Counted from the stretch's first letter, positions 28,025 through 38,306 are shown. The stretch is DNA of 64,000 nucleotides from an uncultured Clostridium sp. (GCA_945877035.1 CAMCQH010000005.1:124-64123), one strand, 5' to 3'. Notes: generated by a model not told the origin, from the letters alone. Made by a program: numbers and translations.

Positions 28025-28660
28025 TTATTGTTTCATTAAAATTATACCTTTTGTTATTGGATGCAAAAGTCTTACAAAGTCAATTGCATCTTGCTCTGTT
28101 CCTACTACACTTCCATAATGTGTTGGTATTGCTATTTTAGGTTTTATTTCATTTATTAAATATGCTGCTTCTTTAAAATCCATTGTATAAGTTCCTCCAA
28201 CTGGAACAAAAGCAACATCACATTTAACTTTTTTGTTTTCTTCAGTAATATCTGTATCTCCTGCTATATAATATCTAATTTCTTTTATTTCAATGATGTA
28301 ACCAACCCATTCATTTTCTTTTGGATGGAATTGTTTATTTGTGTTATATGCTGGTATAGTTTCAAATTTAATTCCTTCTGTCATATACTCTTTGTTTGGC
28401 TCTACTGTAATTATATAGTCTTGCCTAAATCCTTTTCTCAATAGTTTTGTTAATAATTCTTCTGGTGCAATAATTACAGTATTTTCTTTTTTAACTTTGT
28501 CTATATCTTCTTCTGAATAATGGTCATAGTGATCGTGTGTTATAAATATTAAATCTGCATCATTATAGTTTTTTTCGATTTTATATGGATCTATATAAAT
28601 TATTTTTTCTTTATCTATTCTAATGCTACTATGACATAATAGCTCTATATTTTCTAACAT
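28025..28660 (-). CDS. MBL-fold metallo-hydrolase
   Basis: Start at M28 (AGAGGAGG RBS). ITHDHYDHYS is the HxHxDH motif; later GDTD and PTHYG motifs. Confidence 0.85.
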   Translation of the reverse strand: MLENIELLCHSSIRIDKEKIIYIDPYKIEKNYNDADLIFITHDHYDHYSEEDIDKVKKENTVIIAPEELLTKLLRKGFRQDYIITVEPNKEYMTEGIKFETIPAYNTNKQFHPKENEWVGYIIEIKEIRYYIAGDTDITEENKKVKCDVAFVPVGGTYTMDFKEAAYLINEIKPKIAIPTHYGSVVGTEQDAIDFVRLLHPITKGIILMKQ

Positions 28661-28725
28661 ATCTAATAGCCTCCTCTTTTTTTGTTTTCCATAGGCATTA
28701 TAGCATAAAAAATTTAAAAAAGCAC

Positions 28726-28770
28726 AAAAAAGCCAAAACAATTTATATTTTTTTATAAATCATTTTGGCT
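28726..28770 (-). terminator. Rho-independent terminator after the adhesin gene
   Basis: Minus-sense agccaaaa-loop-ttttggct hairpin (28731-28770) followed by TTTTT. Confidence 0.65.
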
Positions 28771-28796
28771 CTTATTTTAATATATTTAATTTTTAT

Positions 28797-31700
28797 TTAA
28801 AATCCTGTTCTTGGAAGTTTCTTTATTTCTAACTTTTTACTATAAGATATTGTAGGCCATTCTGCTTTATCCTCAAGTTCATGTTCTTTATAGTTTCCTG
28901 TAAGTGATGTATAATTTACCCATTTATCCTCTGCTTTTACTGTTGGCAATACTTTTGCAAATATGAATGGTTTTTCTACTGCTTCAAATCCTGGCATTAC
29001 TGTTCCAAATTCGACTTTGTAATCTGTAATATATTCATCTTCTACTAAATCTACCTTTGTAAAATCAATATAGTTATTCTTCTGTGTATTATATGTTCCA
29101 AATTCAATATATTCTTCTGATTTATTTGTTCTATATTTTACTACATAATTCAAATTCTCATTGTATGTTCCAGTAAATAACTTTGTAATTCTTACATATT
29201 CATAAGGCAAATTATCTGTCCATGTAAAGTTGTCTAATGCAACATTTGATGTATTTTTTAATGAATTGAATCCATATTTAATTTCATCATTTGGTTGTGC
29301 TTGTACTATTCCATTTTTATCAATGTCTAGTCCTATATCTACACTTGTATTTTCAATAGTAATTGGAATAGTTTTTAAGTTTTCTCTTATTTCTATTTCA
29401 TACTTTTCTGTATTTAGTAAATAATAATCAGATCCACTATTTTTTTCAACTATATAATAATTTCCATATTCTAATAGTTTACTTGTTCCTATACCTTGTT
29501 TTATTGTAATTGTATCTACAATTTCATCTTTTTCATTATATATCTCAAATACTGCATTTTCTAATTTTGTACCTTTTGTTTCTCCAGTTAATTTATTGTC
29601 ATCTGCAGAAATTTTTGTTATTTCGATTTTACCTTTAATTTTTTCATTCTCAAATTGAATATCTGTTATTTGATCTTGTATCAATGTTACAGTTTGTTTT
29701 TCTTCATTTAATACATAATTCTGTAAAGTTTTGCTCTCTTGAATTGTATAATTTTGGTCTATTGGTAATCTTTTGCTTACTGCTTCACCATTTTCATCAG
29801 TTTTTAATGTATCAACTACATTTCCTTTTTCATCATAGATTTTGAATTCTATGTTTTTGAGTTTTACTTCATTATTGTCTTTATCTACTTTTATAACTCT
29901 TATTTGCCCTTTTTTCTTTTCATTTGTAAATATAATATCTGTTATTTTATCTTCTTCTAATGTAACAGTTTGTAGTTCTTCATTTAACACATAGTTTTGC
30001 AAAGTTTTACTCTCTTGAATTGTATAATCTTGGTCTATTGGTAATCTTTTGCTTACTGCCTCTCCATTTTCATCTGTTTTCAATGTATCGACTACATTTC
30101 CTTTTTCATCATAAACCTTAAATTCTACATTTTCAAGTTTCACTTCATTATTATCTAAATCTATTTTTACAACTCTAATTTGTCCTTTCTTCTTTTCGTT
30201 GGTAAATACTATATCTTTTATTTGATTTTCTTCTAATTTTATTGTTTGTTTTTCCTTATTTAATTTATATGTTTCTAATGTTTCAGTTTCTTGTAAAGTT
30301 AGCTTTTCAAAATCTCTTATTGGATATCTTGATGTTACTGCCTCGCCTTCATCATTTGTTATTATCGATTCTAATATATTATTTTTTTCATCTAATACAT
30401 TGAATTTAACACCTTTTAACCTTACTTCATTATTGTCTTTATCTACTTTTATAACTCTTATTTGTCCTTTTTTTAGTTCATTCTCTATTGTAGATTCATT
30501 TGTTTTTTCCCATTCTACTCTAACATTAATATCTCCAGCTAGATTGTACCATTTATTAGTATTTTTCTCAATCCATTTGTAATCACCAGTTCTAAGATTT
30601 TTTACTAAAATTTCGCCATTAACATCAGTTTTATATGTACCTATAACTTTCTTAAATTCTTCAGAATATAAGTCAAATTCTACATTTCCTAAAGTGATTT
30701 TATTATTGTCTTTATCAACTTTATATACTTTTAAATTGCCTTCTTTGTGTTTATTTGTAAGTGTTACTTCTGTTACTTTATTATAAACTGCTTTTATATT
30801 TATACTTTCTTGTGATATTACATAGTCATCATTACTTTTTACTTCTTTTAATATATAATCATTTTGATATAATTCGTAAAAAGTTAAATTACCTGTGCTA
30901 TCTGTTGTTGCTCTACCAATAACCTTTCCATCAGCTCTTGTTAATTCATATGTTGTATCCTTTATTGGTTGCTTTGTTTCTTCATCAATTTTCTTTATTC
31001 TTATGCTAGCAGTATTGGCTTTTAAACTAATATCTTTTATTGTACTTGTAAGTGATACTGGATCTCCTGTTACTGCATAATCTTGCAAAGATGAATTATA
31101 GCTTGTTGAATAAAACATTGCAAATGATTTTGAATTTACATCTGCTCTTAATTTTCCATTTATATCTTGTGTTTCTACTATATTTTTTGGAATTCTTACT
31201 TGGAATGTTTCTCCATTGTTAAAAATAGTTTGATTTCCGCCAGAAGTATTTGTTATCTTTGTTCCTTCTGGGAATTTTGTCATAGATACTTCATAATTTA
31301 AAATATCTACATTTGAACTTATTGTATAATTTTGGACATAGTAATCCCCACTTAATACCATGTTACCAGAATTGTTAATGTTTGCAACTGGTGTTCTATA
31401 TGTATTTTGTCCATGTTCTCCTTGATCTACTAATCTATGTATTAAATCTACAATAGATTGACCTGTACTATCTGTTGCATAAAAATCATCTACATTACTT
31501 TGACCTAATACACAATAAATTGCCATTTTTGTTGCTTGGTAAGCATATCTCCAATCACTAACTCCTAAACTTTCTGGGGAATTATAAGGATAACCAGCAA
31601 CAACTACTCTCCATATTTTACTATATGTTGCTTGATCTCCTAAAATTTCTGCAAGTGTTACACTATATTCTCTTGTGTCATCTACCCCTGGTCTTGTTTT

Positions 31701-31943
31701 ATTTAAACAATATGCTGGATAGAATTTTCCATTTTCATTATATCCTGCTAAATGAGTTAATACATATCCACCACTTTTCAAAGCATGACTCTTTAAATGT
31801 AATGGTACTTCTCCTATGCTTGTTAGTGCAATAGAATCTCCAACATTATGAACTGCTAAGCTCGTACTTAATGGTAAAATATTTGTCATTACTATTATTG
31901 TTAATAAAAATGTTGCAATAATTTTACTTTTTGACTTTGTCAT
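28797..31943 (-). CDS. Surface adhesin with N-terminal adhesin domain, multiple Cna-B/SpaA-type repeats and a terminal LPRTG motif
   Basis: Start at M35 (GAAGGAGG RBS, then signal peptide MTKSKSKIIATFLLTIIVMTNILPLSTSLA). At least 6 repeats of GxxFxxY....TDxNGE....L..GxY type. Possible thioester-type N-domain (AYCLNKTRPG, ATKMAIY; tentative). Ends ...KKLPRTGF-stop. Confidence 0.85.
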   Translation of the reverse strand: MTKSKSKIIATFLLTIIVMTNILPLSTSLAVHNVGDSIALTSIGEVPLHLKSHALKSGGYVLTHLAGYNENGKFYPAYCLNKTRPGVDDTREYSVTLAEILGDQATYSKIWRVVVAGYPYNSPESLGVSDWRYAYQATKMAIYCVLGQSNVDDFYATDSTGQSIVDLIHRLVDQGEHGQNTYRTPVANINNSGNMVLSGDYYVQNYTISSNVDILNYEVSMTKFPEGTKITNTSGGNQTIFNNGETFQVRIPKNIVETQDINGKLRADVNSKSFAMFYSTSYNSSLQDYAVTGDPVSLTSTIKDISLKANTASIRIKKIDEETKQPIKDTTYELTRADGKVIGRATTDSTGNLTFYELYQNDYILKEVKSNDDYVISQESINIKAVYNKVTEVTLTNKHKEGNLKVYKVDKDNNKITLGNVEFDLYSEEFKKVIGTYKTDVNGEILVKNLRTGDYKWIEKNTNKWYNLAGDINVRVEWEKTNESTIENELKKGQIRVIKVDKDNNEVRLKGVKFNVLDEKNNILESIITNDEGEAVTSRYPIRDFEKLTLQETETLETYKLNKEKQTIKLEENQIKDIVFTNEKKKGQIRVVKIDLDNNEVKLENVEFKVYDEKGNVVDTLKTDENGEAVSKRLPIDQDYTIQESKTLQNYVLNEELQTVTLEEDKITDIIFTNEKKKGQIRVIKVDKDNNEVKLKNIEFKIYDEKGNVVDTLKTDENGEAVSKRLPIDQNYTIQESKTLQNYVLNEEKQTVTLIQDQITDIQFENEKIKGKIEITKISADDNKLTGETKGTKLENAVFEIYNEKDEIVDTITIKQGIGTSKLLEYGNYYIVEKNSGSDYYLLNTEKYEIEIRENLKTIPITIENTSVDIGLDIDKNGIVQAQPNDEIKYGFNSLKNTSNVALDNFTWTDNLPYEYVRITKLFTGTYNENLNYVVKYRTNKSEEYIEFGTYNTQKNNYIDFTKVDLVEDEYITDYKVEFGTVMPGFEAVEKPFIFAKVLPTVKAEDKWVNYTSLTGNYKEHELEDKAEWPTISYSKKLEIKKLPRTGF
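29655..30197. repeat. Two near-identical ~271-bp tandem repeats inside the adhesin gene (one Cna-B module each)
   Basis: Protein copies EKKKGQIRVVKIDLDNNEVKLENVEFKVYDEKGNVVDTLKTDENGEAVSKRLPIDQDYTIQESKTLQNYVLNEE... and EKKKGQIRVIKVDKDNNEVKLKNIEFKIYDEKGNVVDTLKTDENGEAVSKRLPIDQNYTIQESKTLQNYVLNEE.... More diverged copies lie upstream (to about 30740). Confidence 0.85.
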
Positions 31944-32045
31944 TTTTTTAACCTCCTTCAAATAGAAAATAAGTATGAAAAAAGAAACTAGCTTTATTAA
32001 GGGGGAAATTTTGCTAGTTCCTTTTTCATACTTATATTTTTTCAT

Positions 32046-32110
32046 GTTAAAATTTTATCATCTTAATATATATACGTCAATGAATGTTTTTTGAAACAAT
32101 TTTGAAAATT
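32046..32110 (-). promoter_or_regulatory. Conserved ICE promoter-operator module P1 (drives the adhesin gene)
   Basis: Minus-sense TTTCAAAATTGTTTCAAAAAACATTCA-TTGACG (32075-32080), 17 bp, TAAAAT (32052-32057), then tttaac. Same architecture at 35032, 40010 and 50748. Confidence 0.7.
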
Positions 32111-32895
32111 TATTGTACTTTTATATATGAACGATATTGAAATATACTTTCATTTCCTTCTGCTGTTATATGGTATTCTGCCTCAGCATAATAATAAATT
32201 GTAAAATCTTCACTATTATATACTTTATTTTCGACATTTACTTTATTAGCTGTAAAAGCCTGTGCATTACTAGGTTTTGTATTGTTAGGTACTACCTTAA
32301 CATTTGTGTAGCCCATTTCATTTATGCAAGTATCTATTAGTTCTCTTAATTTAGTCATTTCACTATCACTTTTCTTATATGCTTTGTATCCACTACCTAA
32401 TGTTTCATATCTATCATATTTTGACAAATCAATTTTAACTGTTTCTTTTTTAGGTTCTTCAACCTTTGTTTCTTCTTTTTTATTTTGATTGTTACTATTA
32501 TCATTTATAGTGGTTGTTGTTTGTGGTTGTTTTACAGTGCTTTGAGTAACTTCACCACTATTTGTCTTTTGTGTTTCTGTTTTTTTATTATCTTTTGTAT
32601 TCTGAGTGGTTTTATCTTGCGTATTCTTAATATTTTCTTCTTTTGTTTCTTGATTATTTTCATCTTTTGTATTTTCTTTGTTTTCTTCAGTATTTTCAGT
32701 TCTTTCTTCATTTGTAATATTTTCTTTAGTTATTTCATCTTTTGTTTCTTGGGGTTCTTCTTTTGTAATAGTATCATTTAATGTTGATACTTTTAATGTC
32801 TGTTTGTCATGTTGAACTTTATAAAAAACAAATATGCTTACTATGCTTATTACAATTATGGTTATTATAGATATTATTAAGACTTTCTTTTTCAT
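32110..32895 (-). CDS. Membrane-anchored protein with Glu/Thr/Lys/Asn-rich linker
   Basis: Start at M9 (AAGGAG RBS). TM helix, ~110-aa low-complexity linker, ~110-aa C-terminal domain of unknown family. Confidence 0.55.
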   Translation of the reverse strand: MKKKVLIISIITIIVISIVSIFVFYKVQHDKQTLKVSTLNDTITKEEPQETKDEITKENITNEERTENTEENKENTKDENNQETKEENIKNTQDKTTQNTKDNKKTETQKTNSGEVTQSTVKQPQTTTTINDNSNNQNKKEETKVEEPKKETVKIDLSKYDRYETLGSGYKAYKKSDSEMTKLRELIDTCINEMGYTNVKVVPNNTKPSNAQAFTANKVNVENKVYNSEDFTIYYYAEAEYHITAEGNESIFQYRSYIKVQ

Positions 32896-32981
32896 AAGAT
32901 CATCTCCTTCTATCCACATTATACCGTGTAATCAGCTAAACGTCCACCTTTTTTAAGATTTTCTTTTATGTAAGCTATTTA

Positions 32982-33365
32982 TTATAAAGTTTCTTCTTCC
33001 TCTTGTTCTTCTACCTTTTCTTCTTTGGTTTTAGACTTTACGGATTTTTTAGTTTTTTTTTGATTATCTTCTTTTGCATTTTCTCGTTCTTCTAATTTTT
33101 CATAATAGGATTCTAAAACAACTTCTGATATTTGTTCTCTTACTTCTTTTGTAGTAGGATAACAAGCATCTTTATACCTTTTTTCTTGTGTTTCTTTATC
33201 ATAATATGATCTTTGTGGTAATTGAACATATAACTTATCTTCTTTGCTTCTTTTTACTGTTACACCTTCAATATTAAAAACTTCGTCAATGCAAATGGTT
33301 GCAATTCCTTTTGTAATGTTTTGATTGTCATTTGTTAAATTCATATGTCTTACACTTATATCCAT
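32982..33365 (-). CDS. SpoVG-family protein, ICE-encoded, with acidic tail
   Basis: 127 aa. DISVRHMNLTNDNQNITKGIATICIDEVFNIEGVTVKRSKEDKLYVQLPQR parallels SpoVG VTDVRLRRV..GRMRAIASITLD.EFVVHDIRVI....LFVAMPS. Ends EEQEEEETL. Confidence 0.65.
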   Translation of the reverse strand: MDISVRHMNLTNDNQNITKGIATICIDEVFNIEGVTVKRSKEDKLYVQLPQRSYYDKETQEKRYKDACYPTTKEVREQISEVVLESYYEKLEERENAKEDNQKKTKKSVKSKTKEEKVEEQEEEETL

Positions 33366-33409
33366 TTTAGGTGGTCCTCCTTTCTTCTAAATTAAATCTA
33401 TATAAATTT

Positions 33410-33703
33410 TTACATAGCTTCCTCATTTTCTTCTTGACTACTTTCTTCAAAAGTATAACAGAAACCAGCTGCTAAACACATGAAATAGTCTTTTATATTA
33501 CTATTTGAATCTGTTATCTTTTCAAGCATTTTCTTTATTTCTTTTTGTTCACTTTCACTTGTCATTTTTATTATTTCTATAATATTTTTAATTGAAAATG
33601 TACGTTTTTCTCCATTTACTTCAATATCAAATGTTTCAAGTTTATTTATGTCATGTTTTTTTAAATATTTTTCTATCCATATACAAAAATCATTTCTATT
33701 CAT
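33410..33703 (-). CDS. Hypothetical protein (97 aa), acidic C-terminus
   Basis: Translationally coupled (8-nt overlap) to 33696-34397. Ends SQEENEEAM. Confidence 0.5.
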   Translation of the reverse strand: MNRNDFCIWIEKYLKKHDINKLETFDIEVNGEKRTFSIKNIIEIIKMTSESEQKEIKKMLEKITDSNSNIKDYFMCLAAGFCYTFEESSQEENEEAM

Positions 33704-34397
33704 ATTCTTCTTCCTCTTCTAACTCTATATTTTTTTCTTTTGTTTCTTCATATTTTACAATTTTAAACCTTTCTCCCATTCTGTCTTGCCTTATATATGC
33801 TAGTTTATAATCAATAAGACATTCTTGATTTGGTTCTTCATAAGTTCTATATCTATAACCTCTTGTTGTTTCTCCTACAAATTCAATTGTTCTTCCAAAA
33901 TCATCTTGCAAATAATATTTATCTTTTATTTCTTCTTGTATTGAATTTTTGAATATTTCAAACTCCTTTTGATATAGTTTTTTATTTATTTCTCTTTCAA
34001 TTTCATCTACTAATTCCCTATTATTTTTTTCAAATTCGCATGTCTCTTTCCAATTTTCTGTATCTACATATTTAGATAATTCTTTATTATATAGTTCATG
34101 TCTTGCATCATATTTATTTCCATATTCATTAATATTATTTTCTCTGTAATTATTTCTAACTCTTAATAATGCATATTCAAATGGTATTGTTGTTTTGTTA
34201 TATTGCGAAATTTGTATATTTCCATCTAACATACTTATCATCAAATACATTAATTTATCATCTAAACTACATTTTTGTTTAGATGCATATTCACATCTTT
34301 CATAATAAAGTGGTCTTACATTATTACTTGCAACTGTTAAAAATATTTGATTAGTTTTTGGTTTTATTGATATTGTTTTACATTTGCTATAACTCAT
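33696..34397 (-). CDS. Hypothetical protein (233 aa), acidic C-terminus
   Basis: No motif recognised. Ends LEEEEEYE. Starts 3 nt after the sortase stop. Confidence 0.55.
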   Translation of the reverse strand: MSYSKCKTISIKPKTNQIFLTVASNNVRPLYYERCEYASKQKCSLDDKLMYLMISMLDGNIQISQYNKTTIPFEYALLRVRNNYRENNINEYGNKYDARHELYNKELSKYVDTENWKETCEFEKNNRELVDEIEREINKKLYQKEFEIFKNSIQEEIKDKYYLQDDFGRTIEFVGETTRGYRYRTYEEPNQECLIDYKLAYIRQDRMGERFKIVKYEETKEKNIELEEEEEYE

Positions 34398-34400
34398 ATA

Positions 34401-34958
34401 TTATTCTCCTATTCCAATAACACATAATCTTTTTGACTTTTGATTTGCTATACAGGTAATCAGTGTTATTTGATTATTTTCTGTTGGTTCTAGTACACTT
34501 AAATCTGTTTCTTCTATTTCTTTTATTTCATTTACTATATATGTTTTTGTTTCATATTTAGTTGTATATTCAATTTTCATTCCGTTTTTTATATCTTTTA
34601 AATTTTCAAAAAAAGCTGCTTTGCTACCTCTATTATGAGAACACAAACAAACATTACCCTCTAAATAACTACTATTTTGAAAATGTCCTACATACTTGCT
34701 AATTGTTTTGTTATCTGTACCATCTGCTATTGGAGCTTTTATTATATTTAATTCTTCTATTGTTATATATCCAATAATGTTTTTATCATCTTCATTATCA
34801 ATAGCCAGTATATCAGCAGTTTGTTCCTCTATTGTTTTATTCTCATTATTATTTTTATTATCTGTATTTTTAAAATCCGGTCTAAATACTAATGCCAACA
34901 TTAATAAAAAGATTATTACTATAATACCTATACTATATTTTAAAATTTTCTTTAACAT
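34401..34958 (-). CDS. Sortase (transpeptidase)
   Basis: 185 aa. N-terminal TM. LCSHNRG (catalytic His region), ITLITCIA (TLxTC Cys), trailing Arg in KRLCVIG. Confidence 0.85.
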   Translation of the reverse strand: MLKKILKYSIGIIVIIFLLMLALVFRPDFKNTDNKNNNENKTIEEQTADILAIDNEDDKNIIGYITIEELNIIKAPIADGTDNKTISKYVGHFQNSSYLEGNVCLCSHNRGSKAAFFENLKDIKNGMKIEYTTKYETKTYIVNEIKEIEETDLSVLEPTENNQITLITCIANQKSKRLCVIGIGE

Positions 34959-35031
34959 CTAAAACCTCCATAAAAAATAAGCGACGACTAGCTTTTTTTA
35001 AACTAATCATCGCTTATTCATAATATTTGAT

Positions 35032-35096
35032 ATTAAGATATTATCACTTATTTTTTTATAAGTCAATGAACATATTTTGAAGAAATTTTGAAACTC
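35032..35096 (-). promoter_or_regulatory. Conserved ICE promoter-operator module P2 (drives the sortase operon)
   Basis: Minus-sense TTTCAAAATTTCTTCAAAATATGTTCA-TTGACT (35061-35066), 17 bp, TAATAT (35038-35043), then cttaat. Confidence 0.7.
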
Positions 35097-36100
35097 TATA
35101 ATTTAATTTCATAGTAATTGTTCCATAGTATAATGTCTTTTTTCTTATTACCAAAAACTATGCTTATTGTTCTTCCTTTTAGTTTTTCAAATATGATTGA
35201 ATTCACTTTTATTGCGTATATATTTTCATCACTTCTGTTTTTGCAATTTGTAATATCTATTGAAACATTTTTATCACTTAACTTTGTTGCTTTTATTAAT
35301 TTAAATCCTTTGTTTGTTTTACTATAAATATATGTATTTTTTTGATTTATTAAAATTACTAATACAACAATTAATCCTATTCCAGATATTATAATAACTG
35401 GCACAATATTATTATCTTTTGTTTCTTCTTTTTCTACATATTCATATGTTACTTTATAGTTGTAAATTGGATCAATCCTTTCTACTTTTCCTGAATATTC
35501 AACTGTAACTTTATAAGTATCTGGATAAGCTATTTTTTGTACTGTTTGATATATTTTGCTTCCTTTATATGTTTTAGGTACTAACTCTCCATCTATACTT
35601 TCTGTTGTATCCGCTTCCCATTTTACATTTATCAAATAATATGTTGTATTATTTAGTTTAATTTCTTTTTCAATATTATTTAAATCATTATCTGTATAAT
35701 TATTAAAAGTTAATACTTTTTCATCTATCTTTTCATAATATCCATTTTTAATTGTTTCTGTTTTAATATCTGATATATTTAGAATTCCCTTAAACTCTCC
35801 ATCGTTAAATTCTTGTATTTTGCCAAATTCTTTATAGATGTTTTCAGTATTTTTATTATTAATGGTTTTAGTTTTATAAATTTCCTTCGTATCATAATTC
35901 TTTTCTGATATTTCTTTATCTATGCTCTTTATTTTTAATGTATCAGTTTCTGTATTATTAATATTATTTATGAATTCACTTTCTTTGCTTTGTGTTATTT
36001 CATATTTTTTTACTTGTTCCTCTGTATTTGCATAAGTCTTTAAGTTACAACTTATCATAATTAACATTATTGGTATAATTAAATATTTTATTTTTTTCAT
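35096..36100 (-). CDS. Secreted/membrane-anchored hypothetical protein
   Basis: 334 aa. Signal peptide MKKIKYLIIPIMLIMISCNLKTYA. TM helix at about residues 229-251 (VPVIIISGIGLIVVLVILI). Confidence 0.55.
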   Translation of the reverse strand: MKKIKYLIIPIMLIMISCNLKTYANTEEQVKKYEITQSKESEFINNINNTETDTLKIKSIDKEISEKNYDTKEIYKTKTINNKNTENIYKEFGKIQEFNDGEFKGILNISDIKTETIKNGYYEKIDEKVLTFNNYTDNDLNNIEKEIKLNNTTYYLINVKWEADTTESIDGELVPKTYKGSKIYQTVQKIAYPDTYKVTVEYSGKVERIDPIYNYKVTYEYVEKEETKDNNIVPVIIISGIGLIVVLVILINQKNTYIYSKTNKGFKLIKATKLSDKNVSIDITNCKNRSDENIYAIKVNSIIFEKLKGRTISIVFGNKKKDIILWNNYYEIKL

Positions 36101-36103
36101 ATT

Positions 36104-36826
36104 TTATTGAACCTCCTCATCTTCCTCTTCTGGTGCTTCTTCTAAGTTTAAATATCTTTGTACTATTTTAGGTATATTCTTATTACTGAATCCTTTATTT
36201 AGATAATCATTAAAACTATTAAAATCTCCTATATCATATCTTATAGCATTTGTTGTTCCTACTTGTCCTTTTCCATCATCAAAAATAAACATATACTTAG
36301 TCTTTTCATATCCTCCACTAAGTCCAAGCCTTTCACGTTCTTTCTCTAATTTTGCTAATGCTAAATCACAATCTGTTTTAAACTCTTCTATACTCATAAC
36401 TTGATTATCTCTAAACATAGTAGATTCAGACCAAAATACTAATACTTTTATTCCTGATTTTACTTTTTCTATTTCTGGAATATTTTTTATAAGCTCTAAT
36501 TTTGAATTTAATTCATAGAAATTATCAAATTCATCTTGATTTATGTCATAATCTATTGAATTTCCATATTTGTCTATAATTTCTTTTGGTAGTTCTTTTA
36601 ATGCTTCTTTATACTTAGTTTGTATAGCAAATCTTTGCCCTTCTATAAAAGATTTATTTAATTTATCAAATAATTCCTTATTACTTTCTTGTGTTAATCC
36701 AATTGTATTTATTAATTTTTTAAAATCGGAATTTACTATCGCTAAACTAAAAGAATGATTTTCAATTTGTTTTTTTCCACAATCAAAAGCATCTTTTCTT
36801 AAATTTTCTTCAATCGCACTCTTCAT
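36104..36826 (-). CDS. Hypothetical protein (240 aa), acidic C-terminus
   Basis: Start at M7 (GAGGAG RBS inside the upstream gene tail). Ends EEAPEEEDEEVQ. No family recognised. Confidence 0.5.
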   Translation of the reverse strand: MKSAIEENLRKDAFDCGKKQIENHSFSLAIVNSDFKKLINTIGLTQESNKELFDKLNKSFIEGQRFAIQTKYKEALKELPKEIIDKYGNSIDYDINQDEFDNFYELNSKLELIKNIPEIEKVKSGIKVLVFWSESTMFRDNQVMSIEEFKTDCDLALAKLEKERERLGLSGGYEKTKYMFIFDDGKGQVGTTNAIRYDIGDFNSFNDYLNKGFSNKNIPKIVQRYLNLEEAPEEEDEEVQ

Positions 36827-38306
36827 ATTCGTTCTCCTCATCATTTGTTTTTTCTTCCATTTCTTGTCTTACCTTATCTTCTATATCGCTATCATCTAGC
36901 ATTAATATTTTAGGATTATTAAACAATTCACTTCTATTCATATGTTCTTTATTATCTAAGATGTCTTTATTTGTTACTAATGTTCCTGCAAAATCTACCC
37001 ATACACCTTTTTCTATTGTCTTTTGATTATCATTTTCTCTATATTCATAGTAAAATAAATCTTGATTTTTTTGATTTTTTGCTATTCTTTCTGGTATTTC
37101 AGTATATTTTACAACTTCTTTTTGCTCTCTACTCATTGTTTGGACTATTCTTGTATTTTCTATATAATCCTTAATTTCATTTTGATTTTTTGTGTATATA
37201 TGTATTTCTTCTTTTGATTCAAACAATATAATTGTTTCTCTATTGTTTGTTGTTAAGTGTTCTATATTTTTTAATTTCAACTGACTAAAAATTCTTTTAT
37301 ATGTTTCATTAATATATTTATCCTCATTATTTTCATTCATAAATTCTATGTCTGATTTACTCTTGTTACTTCTAACTACCTTTTGTAATTTATAGTCATT
37401 AATCTGCTCAATAATATTATTACTTTTTTCTTCAACTTCTGTATTATTATTAGACTTAACTATATTCAACAATTCTTGCACTTTTCTATCTGGTTCATAA
37501 TCAAGTGAAAAATCTGTCCTTGATATTGCATTTTGCTTATCTTTGTAATTATCTTTAAAGTTTTTATTATCATACTTCATTATAAAATCAACTATTATTT
37601 TTGTAAGTTTTTCTTTTTCTTTTTGAATTTTTATTTCATTTGAAATTTCAGTATATGGTACATAGTCATCTTCATAAAATTCTGGTCTAAATTCTTCATA
37701 ATCAACTTTCAATGGTTCTTTTGTTATTTCTATATTTTGAACATCATCAATATATTTTCCTACCATATTACAGTTATTTCCCCAATAATCTCCTCCACCC
37801 ATTCCATTTCCTAATGCTAATAATAAAGATATTGGAGAAATCTTGACTTGAACATAATTATTTTTTTCTTTATATAACCATGCCAAAGGACAATGTTCTA
37901 AATTGATAAATTCTTTTTTATTGTGATTATAAATATATTTATATTCTTCATCTTCTAATCTCTCTAAATTAATTTTTTTAAAATTCTTATCTGCAAAATT
38001 ATATAAAGTTTCATTATACTTACCATCTTTTTTATCATAAATACCTAATTCTTTTTCTATTTTCTTTAATGTTTCATAGTCATAATCTTTTTTAGTTATT
38101 CCATTTTCTTCATCAATTCTATCTTTACTTAAAGCATAATCACCTACTACAAATACTCTATCATTTTTCCATTCATTAGCTAATTTCTTAATTAGATTTA
38201 AAATTAAAGAATTTCTGTTATAAGACCATTCCATTAATTTTACTCCACTTTCTGCTTCCATATATTCTTTTTTATCTATATTAACAACAACATAATATTG
38301 TCCCAT
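36810..38306 (-). CDS. Hypothetical protein (498 aa), acidic C-terminus
   Basis: Start at the ATG with GGAGGAG RBS. N-terminal ~190-aa globular region (..GNGMGGGDYWG..). Ends DEENEYEECD. No family recognised. Confidence 0.55.
   Translation of the reverse strand: MGQYYVVVNIDKKEYMEAESGVKLMEWSYNRNSLILNLIKKLANEWKNDRVFVVGDYALSKDRIDEENGITKKDYDYETLKKIEKELGIYDKKDGKYNETLYNFADKNFKKINLERLEDEEYKYIYNHNKKEFINLEHCPLAWLYKEKNNYVQVKISPISLLLALGNGMGGGDYWGNNCNMVGKYIDDVQNIEITKEPLKVDYEEFRPEFYEDDYVPYTEISNEIKIQKEKEKLTKIIVDFIMKYDNKNFKDNYKDKQNAISRTDFSLDYEPDRKVQELLNIVKSNNNTEVEEKSNNIIEQINDYKLQKVVRSNKSKSDIEFMNENNEDKYINETYKRIFSQLKLKNIEHLTTNNRETIILFESKEEIHIYTKNQNEIKDYIENTRIVQTMSREQKEVVKYTEIPERIAKNQKNQDLFYYEYRENDNQKTIEKGVWVDFAGTLVTNKDILDNKEHMNRSELFNNPKILMLDDSDIEDKVRQEMEEKTNDEENEYEECD

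Noticed and set aside
28661-28741. The N-terminal extension of the MBL hydrolase ORF (FWLFCAFLNFLCYNAYGKQKKRR) as the missing hydrophobic/basic tail of the adhesin sorting signal.
   Set aside because: It is in a different ORF, separated from LPRTG by a stop and 55 nt. The hydrophobic residues derive from the terminator hairpin and T-run. The true MBL start is M28, which has a strong RBS.
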